A DNA stretch of 64,000 nt from Octopus vulgaris (taxonomy: Eukaryota): contig OX597835.1 of the NCBI GenBank assembly GCA_951406725.2, positions 8,556,001-8,620,000 of the forward strand, given 5' to 3'. The position numbers and the translations under genes are program-made. Shown piece after piece: positions 40,313-52,075 of this stretch; position 1 is the stretch's first letter; every line of letters begins with the position of its first letter. Below the pieces are notes generated by a model that was not told the DNA's origin, made no database searches, and saw only the letters and a program-made list of their open reading frames with translations.

Positions 40313-40976
40313 TGCATGTATATGTGCGTAATATGCATACATATACATATATTTATATATGTGTGTGTGTGTGTTTAATACAGGTATGTATTTATTTATG
40401 TATGCCTTTATGAATTACTTTCTGACTTACCGAATGCAATTATTTTTACAGTGAAGTGCTTTCTGTACATTTATTAATCACTTGGAATTAGAAGTTGCCC
40501 TAACAAGTATTTGTGTAGAAGCAGATTAAGGCGATCAATAAAATATAACCAGCTACTTAACACTTTGACCGCTACAAAATTTCAACTTATGACCGTATGG
40601 TCAGAAAGCTCAACTCTTTTAATCACACCAATTTTGTGTATCTAAGAAGGTTACTCTTTCTCTAATCCAATTAGCTACTCTTGCGAACTATATTTTATTT
40701 ATAGTCAGAAGAATTTGGCAATTTAAGCTACATTAATGCAAATTACGTTGCAATAAAGCGTTTATCTGTAATTATCTTGTCCATTTCAATGTGATATCTG
40801 TCATAAAGTTTCACCCAATCATTTAATACTTGCTTTCACAAAATTGCAACCGACAAAGGTCCCTTCCGATGTTAATTATACTGTAATATTGACATGGTAA
40901 TCTTGATGTGTCCGACAAGCAAAGAACCGAACGAGGGTAGGTTCCAGTAGAGCAGGGTTTTCTGTATGGAACCATA

Positions 40977-41208
40977 TACTCTTTACTCTTTTACTCTTTT
41001 TTTTTTGTTTCAGTCATTTGACTGCGGCCATGCTGGAGCACCGCCTTCAATCGAGCAACTCGACCCCGGGACTTATTCTTTTGTAAGCCCAGTACTTATT
41101 CCATCGGTCTCGTTTGCCGAACCGCTAAGTAACGGGTACATAAACACACCAGCATCGGTTGTCAAGCAATGCTAGGGGGACAAACACAGACACACAAACA
41201 CACACACA

Positions 41209-41254
<46 letters not shown>

Positions 41255-41385
41255 TACGACGAGCTTCTTTCAGTTTCCATCTACCAAATCCGCTCACAAG
41301 GCTTTGGTCGGCCCGAGGCTATAGTAGAAGGCACTTGCCCTAGGTGCCACGCCGTGGGACTGCACACAGCCACTCCTGCGCCTAG
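40977..41385 (-). mobile_element. SINE family C
   Basis: Reverse complement of the 39494 copy, ~1.1 kb away. Confidence 0.88.
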
Positions 41386-41497
41386 GGAGTGAAATTAGTA
41401 CACCATTTAGACCAAACAGTTGTAAATCTCAAGTTCGTTTGTGTTGAAAACCTTGATCCACTTTAACACTAACTGCAACACAGCAATCGGCCTAGAC

Positions 41498-41651
41498 CAG
41501 TGGTGTAATAAAAGTGAGAGCCCACCCAAACCAAGCCAAACCAATAGAACCTACAAAGGCAAAATCTGTATAGCCGACCCAAAAGTGTCACCTCCATAAA
41601 AGCGTCACCTGAGGTGGACCGTCTCCACGTCCCAAATTTGCTGTGCTACTG
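41498..41651. mobile_element. Probable decayed hAT-type MITE
   Basis: CAGTGGTGTA...TGTGCTACTG termini, GTCACC subterminal repeats, degenerate 8-bp flanks gcctagac/gcataaat. Confidence 0.45.
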
Positions 41652-41740
41652 GCATAAATGTCATTCTTATGATTGCATCGCCTTATTTCTAGTGGAATCA
41701 TTTTAAAGGCGCTGTACAATCTACTCGGCTGTATATCAAA

Positions 41741-42141
41741 CTAGCAGTATCGCCCGGCGTTGCTCGGGTTTGTAAGGGAAATAACTATATAAGCATTTTT
41801 AGAGAGTTATAGCCAAAAGATAGCAAAAAAATGCATTAAAAATGGAAAGAAAATTATGGTAAATTCTTTTAAAAATCGTTGACTCATCGGATACATTTAT
41901 AGAGAGTTACTTCCCTTATATAATAGCGAAAAAATGCATTAAAATGGAAAAAAATGATGGTAAATTTTTTTTAAAATCGTAGACTCATCGTAGACGCGCG
42001 CTAATACCCAGAAGGGCTCGATATGAATTACGACTATAAGATACCCGGTTTTGGTTAAACTGCACCGCAAAATGTGGGAGTAGTTAGGAATCTAAATCGT
42101 AGGAGACAGACAGCACACAACCTTACTTTTATATATAAAGA
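41741..42141 (-). mobile_element. Non-autonomous Helitron
   Basis: Same termini (A|TC...hairpin...CTAG|T); internal tandem duplication of roughly 110 bp. Confidence 0.85.
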
Positions 42142-42524
42142 TGTTCTAAAATTCTATCGTTGTAAGTTTTAATTGCTTTGTGGAATTGTCGAATGAATTT
42201 TAATAGAACAAAATTTGACTTGTAATTTTCTAACTTACAAGGGTTAATCCGCTCCTTTTTCTTTCTCTGGAGAGAATTTTCTCAAATCGAAATAAAATGA
42301 ATGAGCGAGAAAGAAATTAGGAAGTGTCACAGAATACTTCATCTCAATTATTTTTCAGTGGTGGGGTTCACGCAGTTTGATATCAGAATAAGGTTCTTCA
42401 TTCATGAACTTCCAAATGCCAAAGATAAATTTGACAAGGAAGAATTGGAATTTCGACTATGATATCAGGATTCTTTTAGCATGTATTTCGTTTTTATTAT
42501 TACTATTATTATTATTATTATTAT

Positions 42525-42855
42525 TCTATGTTTGACTTTTGCTTTATATTTGTACAAGTTGGCTCCAAGTCTCACCAAGAGACCTCAAGAGACAACAGGT
42601 TGGAAGTTCATGTTGTTATTATGCCTAGTGTGCCATATATTTTTTTGGGGGGGTGGGGGGAGTTTTTGGTGTTGTACTAATGAATGTCTAAAAAAAATAA
42701 TTAAAAAAAAAAACACGAAAATTATGTTTGTTTTAAACCTTGAGATTACATAGAAAGTATTTTGCGTAGGATATGAGCAGTTCCCATGAGCACTATCTTT
42801 TGAATTTCTGCCATTTTGGGGTTTCCTGGTATCTGAGTTAGGTTTCCTGGTATCT
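42525..42855 (-). mobile_element. R4/Dong-like LINE 3' end (family 1)
   Basis: QIPGNPKMAEIQKIVLMGTAHILRKILSM* plus a 3' UTR ending in (TAA)n. Confidence 0.8.
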
Positions 42856-42884
42856 TAGTTATCATTATTATTATTATTATTATT

Positions 42885-42953
<69 letters not shown>

Positions 42954-42982
42954 ATGGTTGTTGTTGTTGCTGTTGCTGTCAT

Positions 42983-43153
42983 CGTTGGCTTTGCTTAGCT
43001 TCTAACGCTGGAGATGTACTATAGTGTCGGCTGTTCACTAACAGTGAACTTAGGTAACACCTCTTATTTTTCGAGCTCCTTCCAGAGTATTCGAGCGGTT
43101 CCAAGCAGTGCTGTTTTCTGCAAGGGCTCCACACTAATTGCAGCCCCTATTTC
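42983..43153 (-). mobile_element. R4/Dong-like LINE 3' end (family 2)
   Basis: EIGAAISVEPLQKTALLGTARILWKELEK* plus a short 3' UTR running into (CAA/TAA)n. Confidence 0.75.
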
Positions 43154-43170
43154 TTATATTATTATTATCC

Positions 43171-43238
<68 letters not shown>

Positions 43239-43241
<3 letters not shown>

Positions 43242-43364
43242 TAGTTTTATTTTTTTAGCGTGCTTTCACTTCACTACCGAGCGCAGCTCTGTGTGCCTTG
43301 GGTATGTGCTGTGATTTGTTGTGATGCTCTGATGGTTATTGTATGGAAAGTGTTCTGCGTAGGA

Positions 43365-43366
<2 letters not shown>
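43239..43366 (-). mobile_element. R4/Dong-like LINE 3' end (family 3)
   Basis: ILRRTLSIQ* plus a 3' UTR between two (ATT)n tracts. Confidence 0.6.
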
Positions 43367-43429
<63 letters not shown>

Positions 43430-43469
43430 CATTATCATTATTATTATCATTATTATTATTATTATTATG

Positions 43470-43573
<104 letters not shown>

Positions 43574-43577
43574 GTGA

Positions 43578-43645
43578 CTGTCTGCAATCGAACTCGGAAT
43601 CTTGAGGTTAGTTGCCCGCGCTCTTAGCCACTATGCCATATGCCC
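43578..43645 (-). mobile_element. tRNA-like SINE head fragment
   Basis: Minus strand GGGCATATGGCATAGTGGCTAAGAGCG...GAGTTCGATTG has A/B boxes but no complete cloverleaf. Confidence 0.5.
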
Positions 43646-43646
43646 G

Positions 43647-43775
43647 CGATGAACGACTGGAGGGTATATCAGCCGAAACGTTGTATTAGCAACACACAAG
43701 TTGAGGACAAATATCCGTGAAATGTAAATAATGTAAATAATGTACACAATTCTTCATCTCTTAAATATAGAACTG
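43647..43775 (+). mobile_element. Penelope pLTR-like fragment with broken hammerhead motif
   Basis: GATGA-A-CGACTG...CAGCC-GAA-ACGT-T, followed by ATGTAAATA repeats. Confidence 0.4.
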
Positions 43776-44001
43776 AAAGAGTCAGAAGTCAGCACAAATT
43801 CCATGTTTGAACTGAAGAACTTTATTTGTAGATTGTCTAAAAGCTTAGATTTCTACATTTTTCGGAAAATTCTAAGTCCTGTTCAACCTTTACTGATGCC
43901 GAGTTTAATATCTGCTTCTGAGAGGATTTACTGGTTTAGCGAAGCAGCAAACAGTGACTACACACACACACACACACACATTCACACGCACACACACACA
44001 C

Positions 44002-44046
<45 letters not shown>

Positions 44047-44117
44047 CGCACTCACACACACACACATACACACACATGCATATACACATGTAATTTATAA
44101 TGATGTATATATAATAT

Positions 44118-44840
44118 ATCTGATATATTATAAAATTCAGTCTGTGTGTGTGTGAGTGTGTGTGTTTTTCCTCTATGCACAGCCAAACCGCTGGAACAAT
44201 CTGAGACAAATGTGGCATGAAGATTTGTCATTTCTCGGGGAAGTTTCTGGGTGTGGGTCAAATTTTGGCGCATGCCCATACGTCCCTTCCAATTAGCCCC
44301 CACCCATACGTCCCTTCCAATTTTTTCTTTTCAGCGGTATAAAATTGTTTAACTTTTAATAACTCTATAGTATGGCTTATACTACATGCATAAAACAGCT
44401 TACAAAAACAGAGATTAATATATAACTTTCTTCTATGCTCGTAATTTTTGTTTACAATATTGAAAGATGCAACCAAAGAAAAGATGTAATCTCCGCAGAA
44501 ACAAATATAAAGCAAGGAGAGTCTCAAGAGAAAAATAGAGATGAAACTTTCTCAAGATCGGCAAACGCATGCTACAGTGCATCAAATGGAATCTCAAGAC
44601 ACAAGCGAGATGCGGCTTTCTCAGCACCAGGAAAGGCACGCTGCAGCATATTAGATGAAGTCTCAATACAGAAGGCAGTTGAGACTTTCCCTGACATAAG
44701 GAAATGCATGCTGCAGCGCATCAAATGGAGTCTCAAGAGAGAAGCGAGATGAGACTTTCCCAAGACCAGTAAAAGGAAAGCTGTGGCACGTCAGATGGAG
44801 TCTGAATACAGAAGAGAAATGCGACTTTCCTCAAATTTTC
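44118..44840 (+). mobile_element. Decayed 5' portion of an autonomous Helitron (5' end plus RepHel N-terminal repeats)
   Basis: TCTGATATATTATAAAA-(TG)n-...CAGCCAAACCGCTGGAACAATC resembles a Helitron 5' end. From ~44468 it reads MQPKKRCNL, then ~69-bp repeats (MESQERSEMRLSQDQxxHAAAHQ-like) with stops and frameshifts. Confidence 0.6.
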
Positions 44841-44899
44841 AAATGAAACTAATGGCAGGCGCTGCTCAGGTGGTAAGGTAAAATCTTACGAAAATGCAA

Positions 44900-45020
44900 T
44901 TCATGGAGCATATCATACTCTCTCCATCCAGACACAAAAATATATCCTGGACCTCTGTTTTACAAACAATGTGGAAATTATCCACAACATAAATACATCA
45001 CCGACAATATTCTCAGACCA
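44900..45020 (+). pseudogene. APE endonuclease fragment of a CR1/L2-group LINE
   Basis: FMEHIILSPSRH.NILDLCFTNNVEIIHNINTSPTIFSD (one frameshift) matches PTR..NILDLVFTN...SDH. Confidence 0.7.
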
Positions 45021-45083
45021 AACTAGGTAAATAGAAACCTTCGAACAGAGACGTCAGTGGCGACACCTGCGGGGTCTGACTGC

Positions 45084-45125
45084 GCTACATTGACAAGGGG
45101 CAATACCCCGAAACGCGTCTGTAGC
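45084..45125 (+). ncRNA. Minimal type I hammerhead ribozyme motif (U3-A8 core variant)
   Basis: Stem I GCTACA/TGTAGC; core TTGACAA (45090-45096); stem II GGGG-CAATA-CCCC; GAA; palindromic stem III ACGCGT; cleavage triplet GTC (C17 at 45119). Confidence 0.75.
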
Positions 45126-45367
45126 TGTCGGACTGGCAGTGTGAAGAGGCTGACCTCCCTTGTTCGAAGGTTATAATGGATACAGATCGTGTATCAATAG
45201 CTATCTTAAGGCGGTGGCCTCATGGAGCTGACTAGCGGCAGCGATTATTCTTATATCTATAAGAATGCCATATTAATATGGCGATAACAATTAATTAAGA
45301 ATGAATGGCCCGGAATTAACTAAAAATAAACTGCACACAGATGGCGCTCAAAAACCTCTCCATGCAA

Positions 45368-45406
45368 GACAAACACAGACACACAAACACATGCATACAC
45401 ATACAT

Positions 45407-45445
<39 letters not shown>

Positions 45446-45590
45446 TATGCGACGTGTTTCTTTCAGTTTCCGTCTACCAAATCGAATCACAAGGCTTTGG
45501 TCGACCCGAGACTATAGTAGAAGACACTTGCCCAAGGTGCCACGCAGAGGGACTGAACTCAGAACCATGTTGTTGCGAAACAAGCTTCTT
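45368..45590 (-). mobile_element. SINE family C, 5' half only
   Basis: TTTCAGTTTCCGTCTACCAAAT...GAAGACACTTGCCCAAGG matches family C. Confidence 0.75.
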
Positions 45591-45623
45591 TTCACGCTTG
45601 ATCTAAATCTATGTGTGTATGTA

Positions 45624-45667
<44 letters not shown>

Positions 45668-45741
45668 CTTATACACACACATATACACAGGCACAGACAC
45701 ACACACACATACACACACATATATACAAATGTATATATATG

Positions 45742-45998
45742 TGGAAGCACTCCGTCGGTTACGACGATGAGGGCTCCGGTTGATCCGGAAATACAGGTAA
45801 AACAGAAACATGTAGTAAGAGTGAGAGAAAGTTGTGGTGAAAGAGTACAGCAGAGATCACCACCATCCCCTGCCGGAACCTCGTGGAGCTTTTAGGTGTT
45901 TTCGGTCAATAAACACTCACAACGCCCGGTCTGGGAATCGAAACCGCGATACTATGACCGCGAGTCCGCTGCCCTATCCACTGGGCCATTGCGCCTCC
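45742..45998 (-). mobile_element. SINE family B with internal deletion
   Basis: Head and extreme 3' end are present; the central part of the tail is missing relative to the other copies. Confidence 0.85.
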
Positions 45999-46019
45999 AT
46001 ATATATGTACATATACACA

Positions 46020-46134
<115 letters not shown>

Positions 46135-46218
46135 ATATATATATATAATTTCAACAATTATATGTTGAAATTATGTATGCGGCAATAATTTATTTTACTA
46201 AGCCCTTTTATATAATGT

Positions 46219-46345
<127 letters not shown>

Positions 46346-46352
46346 CATACAA

Positions 46353-46390
<38 letters not shown>

Positions 46391-46812
46391 GTATATCTAG
46401 CGTTACTTCTCAGTAACATATTCATTCGGCATTTTCACACCTAAGAGTGCCTAGCTTTCATTTCAAGACTGCATTGCAGTTGTCTTTTATCATAAAACTC
46501 CAGTCGTTTTGTGCAGATTTTCTCTTTGTATATTTTACGCACCTTTTCTTTCGGTTAACAGGTTTTCTCTTCCGTTACTTTTTTCTCTCTGTCTGCAATG
46601 TTTTGTCACTCTTTTCCGTCTCATATTTCGTTCTCGTTTCGCAAGGAAATAGTAAGATACTACATAATGTTATATATATATTTGTGTGTGTGTGTGTGTG
46701 TGTGTGAGTGTGTGTGCGTATAAAGATATATATATATATATATACACATGTTTACCTATATCGTAATATATGTATATACATATATACTAATGTGTGTATC
46801 TGTGTGTGTGCA

Positions 46813-46885
<73 letters not shown>

Positions 46886-46893
<8 letters not shown>

Positions 46894-47149
46894 ATATTTC
46901 GGAATGGTCATATTGACAGTTTAGCCAATAAAAACACACGCACTATATATTTGGTGTTATTTTGCTTCAGTGTTATTTAATTTTTTACATTAATCTTAAT
47001 CTTATTTCGGCCAGAGTTCTTTCGTCACACTCCTGTGACTGCATCAGTGGTCCTTTGTTTTCGTCTATCTTATTTGTGTCTCTCCTTACTAACCGTCAGC
47101 CATTTATTGGCTAAACTGGCAATATGACCATTCCGAAATGTAACAATAT
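46886..47149. mobile_element. Element with 47-bp terminal inverted repeats adjacent to (TA)n
   Basis: 46886-46932 versus 47103-47149, 2 mismatches. Confidence 0.85.
47009..47053 (-). ncRNA. Hammerhead-like motif
   Basis: Minus strand CCA-CTGATGC-A-GTCACA-GGAG-TGTGAC-GAA-AGAACT-C-TGG. One core deviation (C at the A9 position, followed by A). Confidence 0.55.
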
Positions 47150-47929
47150 CTGTTTCAACACACGAATTCACATAAAAAATCTTGCACAGCAAATATTTAA
47201 ACGTATATATATATACATATATATATATTAATATATGACTGTACACTTAATATGTTACATACATTATTTGTCTAATCATCTGCGCTGGTGTTTATGCATG
47301 TATCCATCTATGTACATGCATGTATGTGTATGTATGTATACACGTATATAAGTATATACTTATGTATGATGTATTTGTGAAATTCTGGTCAGATTATAAA
47401 TAAATCTTCGTGTTTAAACTTAAAAAGATCAGACTAAGTAGCAGAATGTAATAATTAATTTTGCGTTTTTTTTATAAGGATTGACCGGTGAAAACGTTTA
47501 GAATTGTTGCAGAAATTGGGTAGAAATCGAAATTATGGCAGTTTAAACGAAAGATAATATCATTAGTACTAATCGTGAAATTTGAAGAATTTTTCTCATT
47601 GATAAATACATGGTATTCTGCTTACTCGTAGATATATGGGAAGTGTATCTCTCCATAAATTTAGAAAGAAATTACTTAATATATTGTGATTTTAGTAGAA
47701 AATAGATAGAACTTCAATTAAATACGTAAATATTTCGATAATTACATTCGCCAAATTAATCATTATTGAATCATTAAATTACAAATTATCTTGAACGTCG
47801 ATAACGTTGTTACGTTAATGAATAATTAACAATCAATCAATTAAATTGATAACTATTAAAAGAACTACTCGAAGTAATGACAACGGTTATTGAGTGGGGA
47901 ATTATGAATAATTTCTGAGTTGAATGATT

Positions 47930-49133
47930 GAGGAAAGAACCATTGAAGCCTCGTGGTTTGGTTGCCCTAGATTTCTAAGATATGGAAACGAGAAATGGTT
48001 TAGTTTGGAAGGTAATAAAGAAGTAGACAGTATTGATCCAGAGACATAAATATCAAAAACGATGAAACGGAGATAATTTTTGCTGTGCAAAGAAATGCAC
48101 TTAGTCATTAAATTGACAAGGGTTGTCTGGGATTGATTACCGAAGAGTAATCAGGGATATTCAAGATTCGGAGATGAGGTAAGTATTTACGTGAACAAGG
48201 TAAAAATTTCGAGTTAAGAATTTTCTTACGTTTATAACAATTAATGAGGTAAATGGAGCAGGTTGAAGTTGTAATGATGTGATTTTAAACATTTGGGAAA
48301 AAAGGAATAGAAAAATATTTCTCTATCTTTGGTAAGAAGGAGCCAAGCATTCACACAAAATACTTTTTAAAATGTGTTGCAGATTATGTGGATATTAGTT
48401 TAACAAATTTATGCAAAACTAGCAGTATCGCCCGGCGTTGCTCGGGTTTGTAAGGGAAATAACTATATAAGCATTTTTAGAGAGTTATAGCCAAAAAATA
48501 GCAAAAAAATGCTCTAAAAATGGAAAAAATTGATGGTAAATTTTGTTTTTAATCGTTGACTCATTGTAGACATTTTTAGAGAGTTACTTCCCTTATATAA
48601 TAGCGAAAAAATGCATTAAAATGGAAAAAACGATGGTAAATTTCTTTTTAAATCGTAGACTCATCATAGACGCGCGCTAATACCCAGAAGGGTTCGATAT
48701 GAATCACGACTATAAGATACCCGGTTTTGGTTAAACTGCACCGCAAAATGTGGGAGTAGTTAGGAATCAAAATCGTAGGAGACAGACACACAACCTCTCT
48801 TTTATATATAAAGATTAGGAGATAAAACAGCGATGTTTCAAAATATATTTGGATTATGACATCATTAAAATTCCAAAGTATAAAATGGATTGCTTAAAAT
48901 GAATACTCTGTCGGCAATGTTTTGTTATTCTTTTCCATCTCATATTTGGATCTCGTTTCGCAAGGATAGGGCCCTTGAGAATTTGATACTGGCTGCTCGG
49001 TCTTAATCGTCTTCGTATTCGTAAGGCACGGAGGGAATCTTCTTGCTATCCCTAGGCCTCTGATTGATGGTGCTCTGAAAACAATTTTCCTTATTGTAGG
49101 CCTTGTTGTTATTTTTATTCTAATACCACCCAC
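47930..49133 (-). pseudogene. Degenerate Penelope-like element (linker and GIY-YIG region), interrupted by a Helitron
   Basis: Fragments in the expected order: KIVFRAPSIRGL...QGPYPC, TTSTCSIYLINCYKRKK, ATKPRGFN. Very decayed. Confidence 0.5.
48419..48814 (-). mobile_element. Non-autonomous Helitron
   Basis: Near-identical to the 41741 copy; inserted into a Penelope-like remnant. Confidence 0.85.
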
Positions 49134-49179
49134 TTTTCAGTCTTTCTTCTCTCCTTCTTTATCTCTGTCTCTCTCTCAC

Positions 49180-49386
49180 TACTCTTTTACTTGTTTCAGT
49201 CATTTGACTGCGGCCATGCTGGAGCACCGCCTTTAATCGAGACAACTCGACCCCGGGACTTATTCTTTTGTAAGCCCACTACTTATTCTATCGGTCTCTT
49301 TTTGCCGAACCGCTAAGTAACGGGGACATAAACACACCAGCATCGGTTGTCAAGCAATGCTAGGGACACACACACAAATACACACA

Positions 49387-49429
<43 letters not shown>

Positions 49430-49598
49430 GACGGGCTTCTTTCAGTTTCCGTCTACCAAATCCACTCACAAGGCTTTGGTCGGCCCGAGGCTATAGTAGA
49501 AGACACTTGCCCACTTATTTCAGTGCCATGCAGTGGGACTGAACCCGGAGACATGTGGTTCGTAAGCAAGCTACTTACCACACAGCCACTCTTGCGCC
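49180..49598 (-). mobile_element. SINE family C
   Basis: Full alignment to family C. Confidence 0.88.
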
Positions 49599-49867
49599 TT
49601 TCTCTCTCACTCTTTCTCTCTCTTTCTTTCCCTCTGTGGCTCTCCATGTATTTTCTCTTTAGAATATCCAAACTCCTTTATCGCAACACACGTTTAGAAT
49701 TTATGTCTGTTACTTCGCCCATTCAATAACATATCTTTCGTCACCGACGACAGACCACAGCACAATCTATGGTTGTAAACTATCTACCAATATCTTATAT
49801 TTTCTAAGTAAGTTATATTATTTCAGTTTTATTCCAGTTCTAGCTTCAAAGCATTTATTGGTAATCT

Positions 49868-50254
49868 GGATGGAAGCACTCCGTCGGTTACGACGACAAG
49901 GGTTCCGGTTGATCCGATCAACGGAACAGCCTGCTCGTGAAATTAACGTGTAAGTGGCTGAGCACTCCACAGACACGTGTACCCTTAACGTAGTTCTCGG
50001 GGATATTCAGCGTGACACAGAGAGTGACAAGGCCGGCCCTTTGAAATACAGGTACAACAGAAACAGGAAGTAAGAGTGAGAGAAAGTTGTGGTGAAAGAG
50101 TACAGCAGGGATCACCACCATCCCCTGCCGGAGCCTCGTGGAGTTTTAGGTGTTTTCGCTCAATAAACACTCATAACGCCCGGTCTGGGAATCGAAACCG
50201 CGATCCTACGACCGCGAGTCCGCTGCCCTAACCACTGGGCCATTGCGCCTCCAC
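49868..50254 (-). mobile_element. SINE family B, full length
   Basis: Reverse complement of the 10078 copy; TSD attggtaatct. Confidence 0.9.
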
Positions 50255-50269
50255 ATTGGTAATCTACTA

Positions 50270-50570
50270 TCACATGGTATGACATTTTGAGAATTTTTTG
50301 GTGTAAATATGGAGAGAGTATTGCCATTTCCAACCCTGAAACAACCAACATAGACCTGCCCACTGCTGCATGAGGTGTAGTCTCAACGCTTTTGAGTGAT
50401 TGACCTTGTCTCTTGTTAACCAACATTGAAAAACTCGCTCTTACTGGAAATTGAAGTCTCTTGAATTCAAAGGTCATGTCTGCTGAAATAAGTGGAGCTC
50501 TTGGAATAAACACATTTCCTCCATTTCCTTGCTGAGTGAGGATTGTTGCTTCCAAAAGATGGGCCAATAC
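50270..50570 (-). pseudogene. Helitron RepHel helicase C-terminal remnant
   Basis: ORF 50160-50591 contains LEATILTQQGNGGNVFIPRAPLISADMTFEFKRLQFPVRASFSMLVNKRQGQSLK. Confidence 0.88.
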
Positions 50571-50946
50571 CTTCACGGAAGTACAGCCCAACCGCCATAC
50601 ACAATAGAAGAATATAAGCTGTGAACTTTATTCTCCTACCTGTATTCTTCAAACTACAGTTTTACTCTTTCTTCCTCTATCCAATATTCAATTCCTTTAT
50701 AAACTGTGGATTCCCCCTCTTAAACTCTCCTACATTCTCACCCTGTCTTTCATGCCGGAATACCCGGTGTATGGAAATGCTAACCTATCACTTGGGATAT
50801 CCCAGAAACAGCTGCAAGACATCCAATAATTAATGAAGTGATTAAACAATTAATTAATTACTTCAAATTCACCCTACTCTAATTAAATATCCTAAGTGAC
50901 TTGAGATACTCTTCCTGCCTTGGCTTTTGTTGTCCATTTTCCACTT

Positions 50947-50994
<48 letters not shown>

Positions 50995-51042
50995 GTCCCA
51001 CATGCTTTATATTTATATACGCTATTTAGATATATACATACG

Positions 51043-51159
<117 letters not shown>

Positions 51160-51552
51160 TTCAGGTTAATAGCATCCAACTCTATTAGGATTATATTTTA
51201 TTACTAATAAATATTTTATACTCTGCAAGGTATTGAATGTTTAGCATTCCAAAATATTTAGAATGTAATTGAATTTATTTTCGTTTTATTCTTTTAATAG
51301 GTTTGTTGTGTTTTTAATAGTTCTTTCCGCCTAAAAGTAATTGGAAAATTAAGCAGAAATCTTCATTGTGTTGCATTGAAATAGAATTTCCAGGAGCAAA
51401 TAACGAATCGGTTTTCATATTATTGTATAATCAAGATAGACGAAATTTCTAACTCAATTGATGTTGGCAGGTATCTGTCTGTAGTAAAGAATTTCTCGTC
51501 ATAAGCATCTAGTGCGAGGTCTGCTTCGACTATTTTCCACACACACACACAC

Positions 51553-51589
<37 letters not shown>

Positions 51590-51616
51590 CATTCATACAT
51601 GCATGTATATATATAG

Positions 51617-51744
51617 CAAGTAGCTTGCTAACCAACCACATGGTTCCGGGTTCGCCCCTTGGGTGAGTGTCTTTTACTATAGCCTCGGGACGACCAAAGC
51701 CTTGTGAGTGGATTTGGTAGATGGAAACTGAAAGAAGCTCGTTG

Positions 51745-51794
<50 letters not shown>

Positions 51795-52002
51795 TGTGTC
51801 CGTGTTTGTCCCCCCACTATCACTTGACAACCGATGCATGTGTGTTTACATCCTCGTAACCTAGAGGTGCCGCAAAAGAGCCCCGCTAGAATAAGTACTA
51901 GAGTTACAAAGAATAAGTCCTAGGGGCGATTTGCTCGATTAAAGGCGGTGCTCCAGCATGGTCGCAGTCAAATGACCGAAACAAGTAAACGAATAAAAGA
52001 AT
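51617..52002 (+). mobile_element. SINE family C (diverged)
   Basis: Aligns to family C with a deletion in the head. Confidence 0.82.
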
Positions 52003-52042
52003 ACATGCATATATATACGCAAATCCATATATATATACATAA

Positions 52043-52075
<33 letters not shown>

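Noticed and set aside
44510-44835. Regular repeats as a CRISPR array
   Set aside because: These are degenerate codon-phased tandem units without unique spacers, in a eukaryotic context with no cas genes.
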